From Phoronis australis (Eukaryota > Animalia > Phoronida), in NCBI GenBank assembly GCA_002633005.1, contig NMRA01000067.1, positions 216,752 to 280,751 on the forward strand: a stretch of DNA of 64,000 bases. The letters are read 5' to 3'. The notes under the pieces were generated by a model. The model was not told the origin of the DNA. It made no database searches and worked only from the letters and a program-made list of their open reading frames with translations. This document shows, in pieces, positions 1-12,294 of the stretch. The position numbers were made by a program, and so were the translations under genes. Numbering within the stretch: the first letter of the stretch is position 1; each line of letters starts with the position of its first letter.

Positions 1-288
1 GGTGATTAAAATGTACAAAACAGCAGTGCCGCAGTGTATACAAACTTTCAGTTCTGTTTTCATGCTGGTGGAAAACTAATTGTGGTCTTGGGTTAGATCA
101 TATGGATTGAGAAAACATGATAACCAGTGTGTGTGAGTGTGATGCAGAATGATGAAGACAACCTAAAACAGATTGAAATAAATGAGAACCATAATGTTAT
201 TATTATTAATTGCAAATCATTCTTATCTAATTTATTGTATTTCAGTTTGTGCCAGTAATTGTAATTTTATCTTATTATTCATCTCTAG

Positions 289-469
289 GATGATGAAGAC
301 ATAAAGAAGGTGTTCCTGCCGCCTATGGATCACTATGGTACCTACGGAACTTACCCCTCTCAAACCATGGATAATTCCAAGATCTACTTCGTCAACCAAG
401 GGGCTAGCACCTACCTGGATGACTCTGTGGTGGGAGCGCCCACCAACTGGCCTCAGCCTCAGGTGGAAA
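289..469 (+). CDS. Internal exon of nephrin/Sns-like gene (cytoplasmic tail); gene starts upstream of window
   Basis: Acceptor ctctag|GAT; reads DDEDIKKVFLPPMDHYGTYG...PQPQVE; donor A|gtaagt (phase 1) joins the 1731 exon in frame. Confidence 0.75.
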
Positions 470-1730
470 GTAAGTCTGTGTTGACCATAAAGCCAGGCCA
501 TGTACAGTTTTAGTCCACATTTTGTAACAATTCAGGATGGTTCTTGGATGTGTTGGAAAAGCAGGAAATGACAAAGTTTCAATGCATGGGAGACTAGTAG
601 AGATGACCTAAGGATAAAATTGCGTGGAAGTACTGGTAAGACAAAAAGCTCACAGTTTACCAGGTGTTCACTTCTGCTTGGTAACAATTAATTGCAAACA
701 TTTACAGTTAGTCTGCTTTTTGTCAGAAAATGGAAATTATTTACTGGAAAACACGTGGGACACTAAGACACTTTGAATGGGAGCCTTGTTTAGGTGCAGG
801 CCACCATCTGCAGTAACAAAGGATATCTATGACTTAACACTGGCATTCAAGTCGGTCATCTGAGTACAATATCATGTAAGGTAAAATCTCACCAATTTGG
901 GACACAATATGGTGGACAGGTGAAATATTATTTTCTCGTTTTTTCACAAATGATGTCCAGTAAGAGAATGGCGTTATGCTTTATCCAAGCTTCTGCACCA
1001 TAGCTACCAACTGACATTGTGTTGAAAAATTGTCATCATTCACAACTGTGTCAGGTCATGAAAAACAAAAAGAGTGTAATTTTGGCAATTATTTTTGTCT
1101 GAAATGGGTGAGATTGTATTGTATTATGTTTTGAGTACGGACCAGCAAATAAGTCTTTGACACCCATTAGACTTGCGTGCTTCCAACTTCTCTTTCTGTC
1201 AGTCCGTCACAACTCACTTCCATACCGAGGGTTCAGGTCTAGTGGTGTGATCCGCTGTCATTGTCTAGGTACTGTGTGGTCACAACGTGTTGTGAAACTG
1301 GTGGTTTTTGGGTTGAACTTACTTTTTTTTTTGTTTGCACTGCGTAGTTTTGGCGTTGGTGATCAGTTGTGTTATCAATCAGTGGTTTGGACTGTGTGGT
1401 ATTGTGGTAGTGTGCCTGACTTAAGTTTGTGACTTGGTGTGTGTTTGTGTGTGTTTGTGTAATCTGTAGTTTTCAAAATGGTCTGGACTAATGTGGAGTG
1501 GACCTCTATCAAACTGTGCCGAACTTTGATATACTTTTTACCAAAATTATTTAAAACTGAACTGGAATATTTGTTGTTATAAAATAGCACTTTTGTTGAA
1601 CTTCACTCTGACAATTAAAACCCAACTCATAATATATTTTAGATATTAAAAGTATTTAACAAAAGGTTCAACGGAACTGTAGTATGTCGTATGGGAGACT
1701 TTGTAACAGTTTGTTATATATTTGTTACAG

Positions 1731-1855
1731 GTCCGTATAAGTCGAGTACTTTGCCCAGATCTCCTCTAAGTCCAGGCCAGTATGATGAAGATATCTATGC
1801 AGACCAGCTGAGGAGGGCCACTAAGACCATGGGGAGCAAGCCAGATGTACAAAAG
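1731..1855 (+). CDS. Internal exon of nephrin/Sns-like gene
   Basis: tttgttacag|GT acceptor; SPYKSSTLPRSPLSPGQYDEDIYADQLRR...DVQK; AAG|gtgag donor, phase 0. Contains a YDE motif. Confidence 0.8.
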
Positions 1856-2403
1856 GTGAGCACTGTCACCAAGTAAAACTATATTTGTGTAATACGATTG
1901 TCAAATACTATTGTTGTATACAAAAATTGTATCGTGTGAACAAGTGCTGTAATTGGATTTTGGTTATCAGATGCTGTAGACAATCTGTTGTCTGATTTCA
2001 ACATAAATTGTATGAGTTATGAAATAATGGACCAATCCCTGAGTGGAGTGATGTGAGAAGATAATGCATGATATATCATCAATACTATGCAATGAGGTGA
2101 ACCAGAACTTCTCCCATTCAACAATGCCAATCTACTAAGATACCATCAGGTCTGTATGAGAGGCAGTTGGCGCCTGTCGTATACGACTATCAAATATGGC
2201 AACTGTACATGAAATCAGATGATGTAGACAGAAGGCAGTGTTTTCTTGTGTTTCGTGTGAACTCAACGAGTCGGTCAGTCGTCAGTTCATCCCAGAAGCT
2301 AGACCCGTCATGTTATGAGACTTGAACGAAACAGACCCTGATTGGTGTTCAATAGACATGTTAAGAAGGTAAACAACTGTTTACCTATGTATAAGGACAG
2401 GTA

Positions 2404-2476
2404 GTCCCAATGTCTCATTGGACTAGAGTGCCTGCACGGTTAGCGGAAGGTCCCGTTTTAAAGTCTCGGTCGGGGA
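2404..2476 (+). mobile_element. Degenerate tRNA-derived SINE head
   Basis: gtcccaatgtctcattggactagagtgcctgcacggttagcggaaggtcccgttttaaagtctcggtcgggg has tRNA length and layout with decayed A and B boxes; intronic. Confidence 0.35.
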
Positions 2477-2685
2477 AGAAATCTTTTCAGACTTGTATTC
2501 ATTAAGGCAGGTGATGTGGCCAACAGGTGGCATGCAGACCAGACAAATGTTTACGAAAGGTAATCAGTTAATATTTTTGAATGTATTACTTGAAGGGAAT
2601 TTGCTAAATATTACCTAATGTTCTGCAATTGGCTCTTCTTTGTATGTAATATGTGAGTAGTCCTTCAACTGTCAATCTGTTGCAG

Positions 2686-2812
2686 GCTGCTCCGCCCCCT
2701 CCTCCAGTGCGCTCATCAAGTAAAGGGACGATAGACGTACCTAAAGCTATGCCTCCAATACCTGCACGCAACTATGCTCCTACTGAGATTCCTCGGTACA
2801 CACCTGCGCCAG
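2686..2812 (+). CDS. Proline-rich internal exon of nephrin/Sns-like gene
   Basis: ttgcag|GCT acceptor; AAPPPPPVRSSSK...PPIPARNY...PRYTPAP; CAG|gtaagc donor, phase 1. PxxPxR SH3-ligand-like motifs. Confidence 0.8.
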
Positions 2813-4324
2813 GTAAGCATTTACTTTCACTGTATTATTGTTTTGGATGAAAAGCTTTATTTTCATGTCGAAGTGGTAGTCAAATAGGTTTTAGTCTACT
2901 TGAATGCTGTGGGTCCTTCTAAGTTGTAGTGAATGATAGAGCTGAATAGTTAAGCTTTGGCTGAAAGATTTGTAGGCAAGTTGTATTTAAGACCATGGAC
3001 TATGGCCTTTTGTGCTGGTCAGTTACACAGAAGGACATTCTCATTAGTTTTTCTGGTAGTGTCGCTGTAATTTACCGCATTCATAATAAAAAATCTGTGT
3101 ATTGGTTTGCAGGATGTGAAGTGAGAGCGGAAGTTATTAGGTTGATTTTTGTTTATTGATATCCACATACTTAGAATTTGGCACTACCTAGAAACGTTTG
3201 AAACCTAGCGTTTTGCTTTATTTAACCAATATCTTAGAAAATGCAAAAGGATGTGCAAGTGTCATAGTAAAAGTATTGCAGTCATAGATAACAGCCCACT
3301 AACCAATCAGTTTAACCAATTGATCTCTCACGTATGTGTGCAAGTTACAGTCTATCATTCTACTTATCATGTGTGTGTGTGTTAAGCATTAACAAAGACT
3401 CATCATAAACATCTGCACCTTTCACACCAATGAGTGACACTTTGGTTGCTTGTGTCTAGAAGGCTTGTTCTTAATTACGTGCGGAAATTTACTGTATATT
3501 TAGAACCTTTTAAAACTGTACATTTTGATTGGGCTGTTGCTTGTTAGTTCTGCCTCGTTATGGGACAAGGCGGGACTGTTTACCCAGTTGCAGATCGGTA
3601 TGACGACATGCCAAGGCTTCATGTATGGTAAAAAATTCTCACAATTTGGGGCAGTGAAAATTTAATTGTGTTGGTCAAGGTCGGAGATTGTCCCATATTC
3701 TAGAAATGGGCAATGTTAGCCATCTTGAATTCAAGAATCACCAGAAAGACAGCAAAATTATTTACTCTGTGGATTGAAAACGCATTGTCCACAATGTTTG
3801 AAATATGATAATACCAAAATCACCCTAATTCCAAATTCAAGAATCAAGAAAATTCAATTTTTGCAACAGTTTCCATGTCCAAATTCTAGAAACTGTCCCT
3901 AATTGGAGAATTTTTACCTATATTCTCTTGTACTTTATCAGAATATGTCTTTCACTGGTAAATGTTCTTGTCACTAATGTTCAATACATGCATGGGTCAA
4001 TATCTCAGTATGGTGGTGTCGCAGTTTTCTCATTTCATTGCTGTTCAAGAAATTATACAATTAATTAAAATTGTATAATTTTGTCAAAGTTATGGTGAGA
4101 ACTGTGTAAGAAATTGGCATAGAATTGTTCGGCAATTCATTAAGAAATTGGCCTAAGAAGTGGTTGACTTTTTGATGGGAAGATATTCGTGATTTTTTAA
4201 AAACCTTAGCACTTGTGTTTCTCTGTCAAACCGTGACTCGTCATTGTTATGGTTAGTGTATCAAAGTACACTGACTCTAGACAAATTCTCCTCTTGTCAT
4301 GAAAATTTTATCGTTCTTTCTCAG

Positions 4325-4413
4325 GCGTCCTTTACGGCACAGCACAGCGGGCGCCGGACCGACCTAGCAATGGAAATCTACCTGGCAGTGAGATGAGGGG
4401 TGCTCTTGTATAG
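4325..4413 (+). CDS. Terminal coding exon of nephrin/Sns-like gene
   Basis: ttctttctcag| acceptor; the phase-1 join gives GVLYGTAQRAPDRPSNGNLPGSEMRGALV*. The end resembles vertebrate nephrin ...ELRGHLV* (PDZ ligand). AATAAA at 4417, 6883 and 7146. Family identity is inferred from the tail only. Confidence 0.7.
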
Positions 4414-7400
4414 TGCAATAAACAGTGCAACTGGAATAGATGACCATCAACTTGTTCTTCAGTAGTCCATCTAACGTGTCTGCTAAAGGCATTTAGTCTA
4501 CAAGATTCATTTAAAGGCATCTCAGCTGGTGTGATATTATAAACGGCAATAGGGGGAGCCACGGGATGGCCATGTTGTTTCCCAGGACAACTGATAGTGG
4601 TTTGTTCGAAGATAACAACTGTATTAATAACTAAACACATAGTTGGTTGTTGTGCAATATAAGAAAATGTTTTTCTCGCTGGAACAAAAATCTTTTTCTT
4701 TTATAAGCTGGTGTATTAAGGAAAAATTATTCTTTTCTTAAAGGAAGAATTTCCATGTATAGACTTCTTGTTGCTTATTATCCATGTCAGAAATGACACA
4801 ATGTCATATGATTTAATTAGCCAGCATGTCAACACTTGATGCATCATGAATGTTATTAACTGCTCATTGGTCTTCCAATTAAGTTTCACAATACCTTTTG
4901 ATGGTTCAGTGACCTTAAATCCATGCCTTGATAACCCACTTATGGTGATCTCCACTTGTTTATCGGGGTCACCTAAAGGTGTCACTGTCACCACCATGTG
5001 TGAACCACCCTTGTGGTCTAAATGGTGACATATTTAATGATGTATGCCTTTACTTAACTCAACCTTGTTTTAGACATATTAAGGTGCTCGTTGTGTATAT
5101 AATGCTGAAAGTGGCTTTTTGATTTTTATGAGATTCTTTGTTACTTATGACTTGAAGTAGCCATCTGAACCGCTCCTGTTTTTCATGTTCATATTTTGAT
5201 AGGTTTGTTTTAGTGTAAGTTTGGAATATCTGAGTAGTTGAAGATTTTGTATTCACTTAATGGTGTATGTGTTGGTTATATGAATATTTAATGAGTAATT
5301 CTTCAATGGGACACGTTAATATTCACCAGGTGACGCTAATGACTGAGGGTTCCTCTTTTCAACACTTGAATAAACTAAGGTTAGAAAACAGGTAATCAGT
5401 ATGGGTTAACAAACCTTCCTGATTACCTGATAGTTTTTGTTTTGGTAAGACCATTGGCACATTAGCGCCACCTAGTAGAAAAGTTGCCCTTTGCCTGAAT
5501 TGTCTTTTTTCGATTTTTCTAAAGCCGACTAACTCGCTATCAAAGTTCCAACCATGCTAAGCGCGACGGAGAATTATCTTAAAAGTTTGTTTTCGTTGAA
5601 AAGTTTGATAAAACATGACCCTTCCTGTCCACCCTATCAAGTGCTAAATAGATAAAACGTGCTGTGACCATGTCAGTTGCAAGGGGTTACGTGCATGCAT
5701 GCATGCGTGTGTCGGGGGGGGTTGTCAAGGTCCTGTCTAGCACACTAACTCGTTTGCTTTTCAAAGAAGATTCCTGTTAATTTACATATCATTTACTTTC
5801 ATCCAATACTGCATGTTTTTTTAGAGGCTACATGTATTAACACACAATAGTGTTCGGTGTAGCTCTAGTTTAGCTGTAAGTTTGAATATATTGTAAATTG
5901 TTTACATTCTTTGAAGCTTGGTATCGTGTGCTGGAAAATATTTGAATAATTTCAACCATGTCTTTTTACGAATCCAACTTTTGTTGATTTTTTATGATTA
6001 TTTGTATATAGTGTACATAAGTCTGTTAGGCAAGAACATTGTTGTAATATAAGTCATGCTAGGTTGTTTATTTATATCGTCTTCCATTGTGCCAAAATAT
6101 GAATGCAATATTTCTCTGTATTAAGGTGACTGACACTGATGTGTAGGTCTAGCTTTGTCCTTTGTCAGTAGAATTGATGCTGGTATATTAGGAGGTCTGT
6201 ACATTTCAAAGTTAAGATATGTAGTCTTTGTGAAGTGAACTTAGGGTAACAGTATTTATGTGCAGTCAGTTATAACCAAAACCACCGTAGGTATAGCATT
6301 GTGTTGGAGACAGCCTCACCCTCTGTACACACCTGCTTTTATCTTCTGTTGTCTTATTGAGACTAAGTAGCTATGCTACCTGCTGGAACGTTTTTCTTTT
6401 GGTGTTAGAAAAGAGACATTAAAATTTTACTTTAAAATGCTCCTATTAGAAAAAGGTCCAAGTTATACAAGTCTTAGGTTATGTCGGACCGTCGAAAAAT
6501 GATCAAATTTGGCAAATTTAGGATCATCATATCCCAGAAATGGTTGATCCTATTCACATGAAACGTTCATATATCATGCACTGTTCTCCAAAAACTGTTA
6601 GGAATTTGTTTTAAAATTTTCCACTTATGCATGAGAGGCTATCAAAAATGGGACTTAAAAGATTTTTATGAAAAAATTCATAAGTTACATACAATGAAAA
6701 TGAAATTATATTATAGGAAACCGTAATGGTGTTTTTGAGATTTGCTGGTGTTTTTGATAATGTTATTTTGCTATGGGTGTACCTTTCTTTTAATATCCTA
6801 AATTTACTAAAACACGGGGTCTTTACCCAATTAATGTCAGATAGGTACAAACTCAAAATTACATTCTACAGGTTTCTGCTTTAATAAATGATCCACTTCT
6901 ACTGAGTTAAACTCCACAGTTTTATAGATATTTGGTTTAATACACCACTAGTGGATAAGGTCCTACATAACTTAGCTTCTGTTCGTGGATCTATTTCTCA
7001 CTGTTGACTGGGGCTCTATCTTCATGCTACTGAATGTTGAACAGTTCCACACAATTGTTACAATGGGGATAGCTGAGAGGTTGATCATGTGTAGAATGGA
7101 AATAGGTTTGACTGGTATATTATTGCTTGTAATTGATAGTTTTACAATAAAACTGCATGGAACAGTAATGTGGTTGTTTGTACTCAGTGGTGATTCAAGG
7201 ATTATTGTTCGTTTCCTTCTTCAAAATGACCCTGGTTGCAATTGCAAAGATGCATATGAAAGTCTTGTTGGGATGTTCTGTAATGTGGTTTAACCATGTA
7301 ACGTTCAACGGTTTCACTTCGCTCATTCAAATCGCAACAATCCAAACTGCTTTTCCCAATAACTGACGAGCCTTAATAATCTGAATTTAAAAATACATAT

Positions 7401-7740
7401 GGAATGTGGTAGGCCTATCACTACGTTGAAATGAAATATGGCAATAGGTCAGTCACATGTCGCTTATCGTTGGCCTGGATGTTTTGGGTTAGTGCCCTGG
7501 GAAGCCAGTTTACACTCCCCCTTACCGAGGCGTGAGTTCCGCAGACGCCAGAACCGCTGGACTTCGCTAGAAATCGCCGTGCATTGCAATGAAGCAAATG
7601 ACTACACTAATTGCGCTCGCGAGATTCTTTCGTCTACCGTACTCGACCCAGGAGGGGAGATGGGAAGGTTTGGTTGCTTTTCCACTCGGTCCTCTTCGAC
7701 TAGTTGTGCAGAATGTATATAAGTTCAATTCATATCGTTA

Positions 7741-7970
7741 CATGCGCGCACCCGGGGGGGGGGAGCTCGGGAGGCCCCATTTGGTGAAGTGGGCGAAAAG
7801 GTCCGCCCCTGAGAGACAAAGAGTTCACTAAATAAGTGCAAACGCGCAATTCACAGTGGTACGCCCGTGTTTTTTTTTATTTTCTTAGTCCACTCGCTAT
7901 TTTGTTTGCAAAAGGTCCACAACGTCAGGAATTCGAGCCCTCCCCGTATTGAAAGCTGGGTGCGCGCATA
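7741..7970. mobile_element. MITE with CATGCGCGCACCC termini, 5-bp TSD
   Basis: TIRs catgcgcgcaccc / gggtgcgcgcata; TSD cgtta at 7736-7740 and 7971-7975; second copy at 27542-27795. Confidence 0.8.
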
Positions 7971-10376
7971 CGTTATGAGCGCGTTAGACACACTATTCAA
8001 AAACTTGGGTTGAAAGATGTTTTGGGTCGAAATTTTTTATAAAAATCAGATTTCCAAAAATCCGTTTTCACAAAACACGCCACTTCGCAAAAATCTTTTT
8101 TATCAAGGTCTTGTTCAACTGTGTGGCAAATGCATAGCAGTCGGAATTCAGTCAATATTTCACTTATATTAAAATTAAAAAGTTTGGTGATTTGAAGATT
8201 GGTTGTATTGGATTTCAACTTGGGTAATTTCTTAAAAATTCATCTATACAGTATGGCTGAAAAAAAAAACTCCGTTTTGCCACCACTGCGTAATTAGGAA
8301 GTGACGGAGAAAACGTTTGAAGTTGTGCGGTCACCACGTGATACTTGTGGTCAAGCTTCACTGAAAGCCCATGGATGACGTTTAACTGAACAAAGATAGA
8401 TATCGGAGGAAAAGCTCCATTGTAAACTACTGAACTAACATCTATTTGTCAAAAAACAGCAACATTCATGGCCTTTCTTTCTTAAAATGCAAGTGTATAC
8501 ATTTGCCGTAAGCAATAGTACTGCCTTGTCTTTTGTTGCTCCAAGAAACTTGCTGAAATGCGGTGCACTGTGTTCTTTGGAAGAGTAAGAATGGAGTCTT
8601 GGGTTTCGAATCAACTTGTCTGATAACTTAAAAGGTTTGCGTTTTTGAGTCAGTTCCAACATTTCAAAAAATCAAAGGCTAATACAAAATGAAATGAGTA
8701 AATAATCCAAAAGGCAAAATCCAGGGCTGCTATACAATCTCGGTGTTTTTCAAATAGTCGCCAGTAAATTGAAATAAAATTCGAGATAGTTGGCGGAGAA
8801 TCTGGCGTGCGTGATAATTTCGGCTTGTATATCTGGCAACGCTGCTGCTAAACTAGATAACAGCCGTCGTGATCTTGCCCTTTGCCTGGGTACAGAACTC
8901 TCGGTGCATTTTTGATAATGTTACCCCAGATGTTTTATCGGAAAATTATATCGCCCAGTCGTTTTGTACTTTCAACAAAAATCGATTGAAGCTTCGAGAT
9001 GAAGTTTTTGGTGTTAACTCAATGCTCGAATTTGAGTAGTTTTCAATATTCTTTATTCCACACTCAATCTGTAGCAATTACATGTCAGAGATAGGATAGT
9101 AAAATAAACTAATTAAGGGCATGGAACCTAATAAGTAAGAAAATCTAAACTCTAGAAAAAATCTAGACACAGAGGCTGTGCGTCTATGAAAAAACTACAC
9201 AACTGAGAAACACTAAACTCGCATGAATAAAATATGTAACGATCGAAAGCAGTTCAGGTAACAGCAAGTTGTTAAGGGTTGGTTTACAACCTTTTGCAAG
9301 TGTCGGCAAATTTGTAGATGAAAAAGTAGACAGGGCAAAAATATTGTATACTTGACAATATGATTCAACCGCTATTGAAATACCCAGTTAAGACAAAAAA
9401 CGGGGAATTCGAGATCATTCGAGGTAAAACCAAGAATACCTACCCCATCCCCTGGTCACCAAGTTACCCACCCGAGACGGGTGCCCACCTGTTGAGTCGT
9501 TACCTAAGCGAGTACAATCACTAACAAATTTGGCCACAGACCGCCAAATGATTCCTATCTATGGCAAACCCCTGGATAGCACTCGTGCAAGAAAAACACG
9601 TCTGCGGAAGGTAAAAAGTTCTCCGAGAACAACAACATTTTCAGAAAACCACGACGGCCAGAAGATGAGAAGCTTTGGAGATTATTTGATTACATTGATC
9701 GAAGATATGACTATGTTCCATTCAAAAACTAAATTGGGGTATTTATAAGTATTTGTTGGAGAAAGTTACCCTTAGTAACATAGCTGAGCGGTTATCTTGA
9801 AATAAACTTCTTAGAGGTTCAGTCATAAATGTTATGCAAAGGAATCAAAGTTGTAATTAACAACTGACAGTAGATGAATTTATAAACGAACATTAATATT
9901 GATGTTACGGCTCACCGCAGGACTTATGAAGCGTCGGATGACGAAAATTATTCAACCTGTGTGCCGGTTGCACAAAGATAGCGACAATGACGTCACATTA
10001 CCAGGCATCAAGTATTTGGCATCATGCACCAGCCTGCAAACTTATCCAGTGGAGAAGGTTATAAGTCATGTACTATCCAACCCTGGCAACAATAATGGAG
10101 TGCCGTTTCGTAGACGTAAGAAATCGCACGAAGGCCAGTGTGCTCACGTGGTTTGCCTATAACGCACGAAAATCTCTCGCGAAGGCATGCGTGATCTTGC
10201 GCCTTTGCGAGTTTCTTAAATCCACGGAACGCCCCCTCCTCGTAAGCCTGTTATCGGACCGTGACCTTGTTTCGACTTTTGAGCCCTACAAATGGGGCTA
10301 TTAAGTGGCTTTGCTAACAATCACTCGGCTGACTTTGGGTGATAACCGTGACAGCCTGTATACAGTCTCAGCTGAC

Positions 10377-10681
10377 ATGGGGCCTTACTCCCTCACAGTC
10401 ACTGTTCTCTTAGTTTCGTGTTTCCAAGATGTGTTCGGTGTTTTGAGCACGCAGCAGCTTCAGGACATTGATGGAGTTGTTTCGCAGCTGATGGGGTGTC
10501 GCGATATCCCTGGAATGGGGGTGGCTGTTGTTATGGACGGCCAGACTGTCGTTCAGAAGGGGTACGGTCTCGCTGATGTCGAAAATAACGTCCCGTTTAC
10601 GGAGGACACCCTGTTTGCAATCGCGTCCGTCTCCAAGCAGATGTCGGCGACGTTACTCGCCTTATTGATGAACGAGAATGG
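10377..10681 (+). CDS. Beta-lactamase-like (S12) hydrolase copy A, exon 1 (signal peptide, SxxK)
   Basis: MGPYSLTVTVLLVSCFQDVFG signal-like N-terminus; IPGMGVAVV...KGYGLAD...TLFAIASVSK; GG|gtaagt donor, phase 2. Confidence 0.92.
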
Positions 10682-11132
10682 GTAAGTAGTTTGCAAATTT
10701 CGAGATTCACCGTGTCAGTCCAGAAACGTATGAAAAACATATGTAGCCTATCCATCCATAATCCATCTGAAGACTCGTAATCCCATGAACTAAACCTGCA
10801 TACATTTCTTAAACATGCGGTCTATATTTATATGGTCTACTTCTCTAAAGGCTAAAATGTCGGGTCTTTAATTATTCCTGTCTCCAGTATTATTGGAAAT
10901 CGTGAAAGATTCCGCTTTATACTGTTATTGCTGTCTCTGCAACTATTCGGAACTCGAGAGTAGTCAGTTAGGTGATCCACTCTCGTGCTGTCTGTACCCG
11001 GCGGAACAGGCAATGACTCGGACGGTTAGTTTCAGTAGCGGAGCTGGTGTGGTACTTTCCGTTGGGGCTACGACCATTGCGGCAGATTTCTTTCAAGTCA
11101 TGCTAAGCCATATATGCCTCAAGTATAAAGAC

Positions 11133-11529
11133 TGGATTATATATAACATGTTAAAGGGTTAGTACATCTGTTCTCAATACCGTTGCTGTTGGATTATATA
11201 TAACATGTTAAAGGATTAGTACATCTGTTCTCAATACCGTTGCTGTTGGATTATATATAACATGTTAAAGGGTTAGTACATCTGTTCTCAATACCGTTGC
11301 TGTTGGATTATATATAGCATGTTAAACGGTTAGTACATCTGTTCTCAATATCGTTGCTGTTTGATTATTTATAACATGTTAAAGGGTTAGTACATCTGTT
11401 CTCAATACCGTTGCTGTTGGATTATATATAACATGTTAAAGGGTTAGTACATCTGTTCTCAATACCGTTGCTGTTGGATTATATATAACATGTTAAAGGG
11501 TTAGTACATCTGTTCCCAATACCGTTGCT
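11133..11529. repeat. Minisatellite, 57 bp x 7
   Basis: Unit tggattatatataacatgttaaagggttagtacatctgttctcaataccgttgctgt starting at 11133, 11190, 11247, 11304, 11361, 11418 and 11475, with few substitutions. Confidence 0.95.
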
Positions 11530-12130
11530 TTATGAATATACAGGGACAGACGTTTTGAAACGGCTTTTGGATTGGAAAACATGTTTAACATTTTCTTCAT
11601 CTGTACGATAGTGTGACGGGATTACAGATGGTGACCGACAAAGCTTTCTTCATGGCATTGATGGAATCTTTCAAAAGACGTGTTTACAAACAACACTGAC
11701 CTCTGTCGAGATTTTTCACCAAAAAGAACTTTGCTGAGCTACTTCAATACTTCCCATGCCGGTATATATTAGTTGCGTAGTCCGTCATCTTTTAAAAATA
11801 ATTTATTTCAACAACTTATTAGAAAATAGCAACACAAGGAAGGAAGAAACAGACTCACTCTCCCACATTCACAATTCCCAACTCTGCTTGGCTTAAATTT
11901 ACAGTGAATCTACAAAGGTCTCAAAAAGCTCTGTTAGGCTGGGATTCTCTTACTGTCATAGTTTTCCATATCAACATTAAAGACGCTGTGTCTCATTAAA
12001 ACCGTGAATATTCCAATTTGTATCAAGTGCCACCTAGTGACTTGCTGGAGAACTGCGCGTACAAGCATAACAAAAAAGAAACAATTTGTAAATAATTGAA
12101 AAAAGGTTTTTCATGGTCTCGGTGAAGGTG

Positions 12131-12294
12131 TGTTTATAAATAAAAATCAACTTACTCAGAGACCGGGAATATAGAAGTTCGAACGTTTCGAACTGTGCTC
12201 TACAGTTCTTTGTCAACGACTGTAGAGCACAGTTCGAAACGTTCGAACTTCTATATTCCCGGTCTCTGAGTAAGTTGATTTTTACTTATAAACA
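12131..12294. repeat. Near-perfect palindrome (76-bp arms, 12-nt spacer)
   Basis: 12131-12206 is the reverse complement of 12219-12294, with one visible mismatch. Confidence 0.92.

Noticed and set aside
8722-8844. Possible hAT MITE (cagggctgcta...tggcaacgctg)
   Set aside because: TIRs are imperfect and no TSD could be found.
4414-10300. Numerous 60-100 aa ORFs between the nephrin-like stop and copy A
   Set aside because: No motifs or consistent exon structure; compatible with 3' UTR and intergenic chance ORFs.
11133-11529. CRISPR-like array
   Set aside because: Units are contiguous with no unique spacers, there are no cas genes, and the context is eukaryotic.
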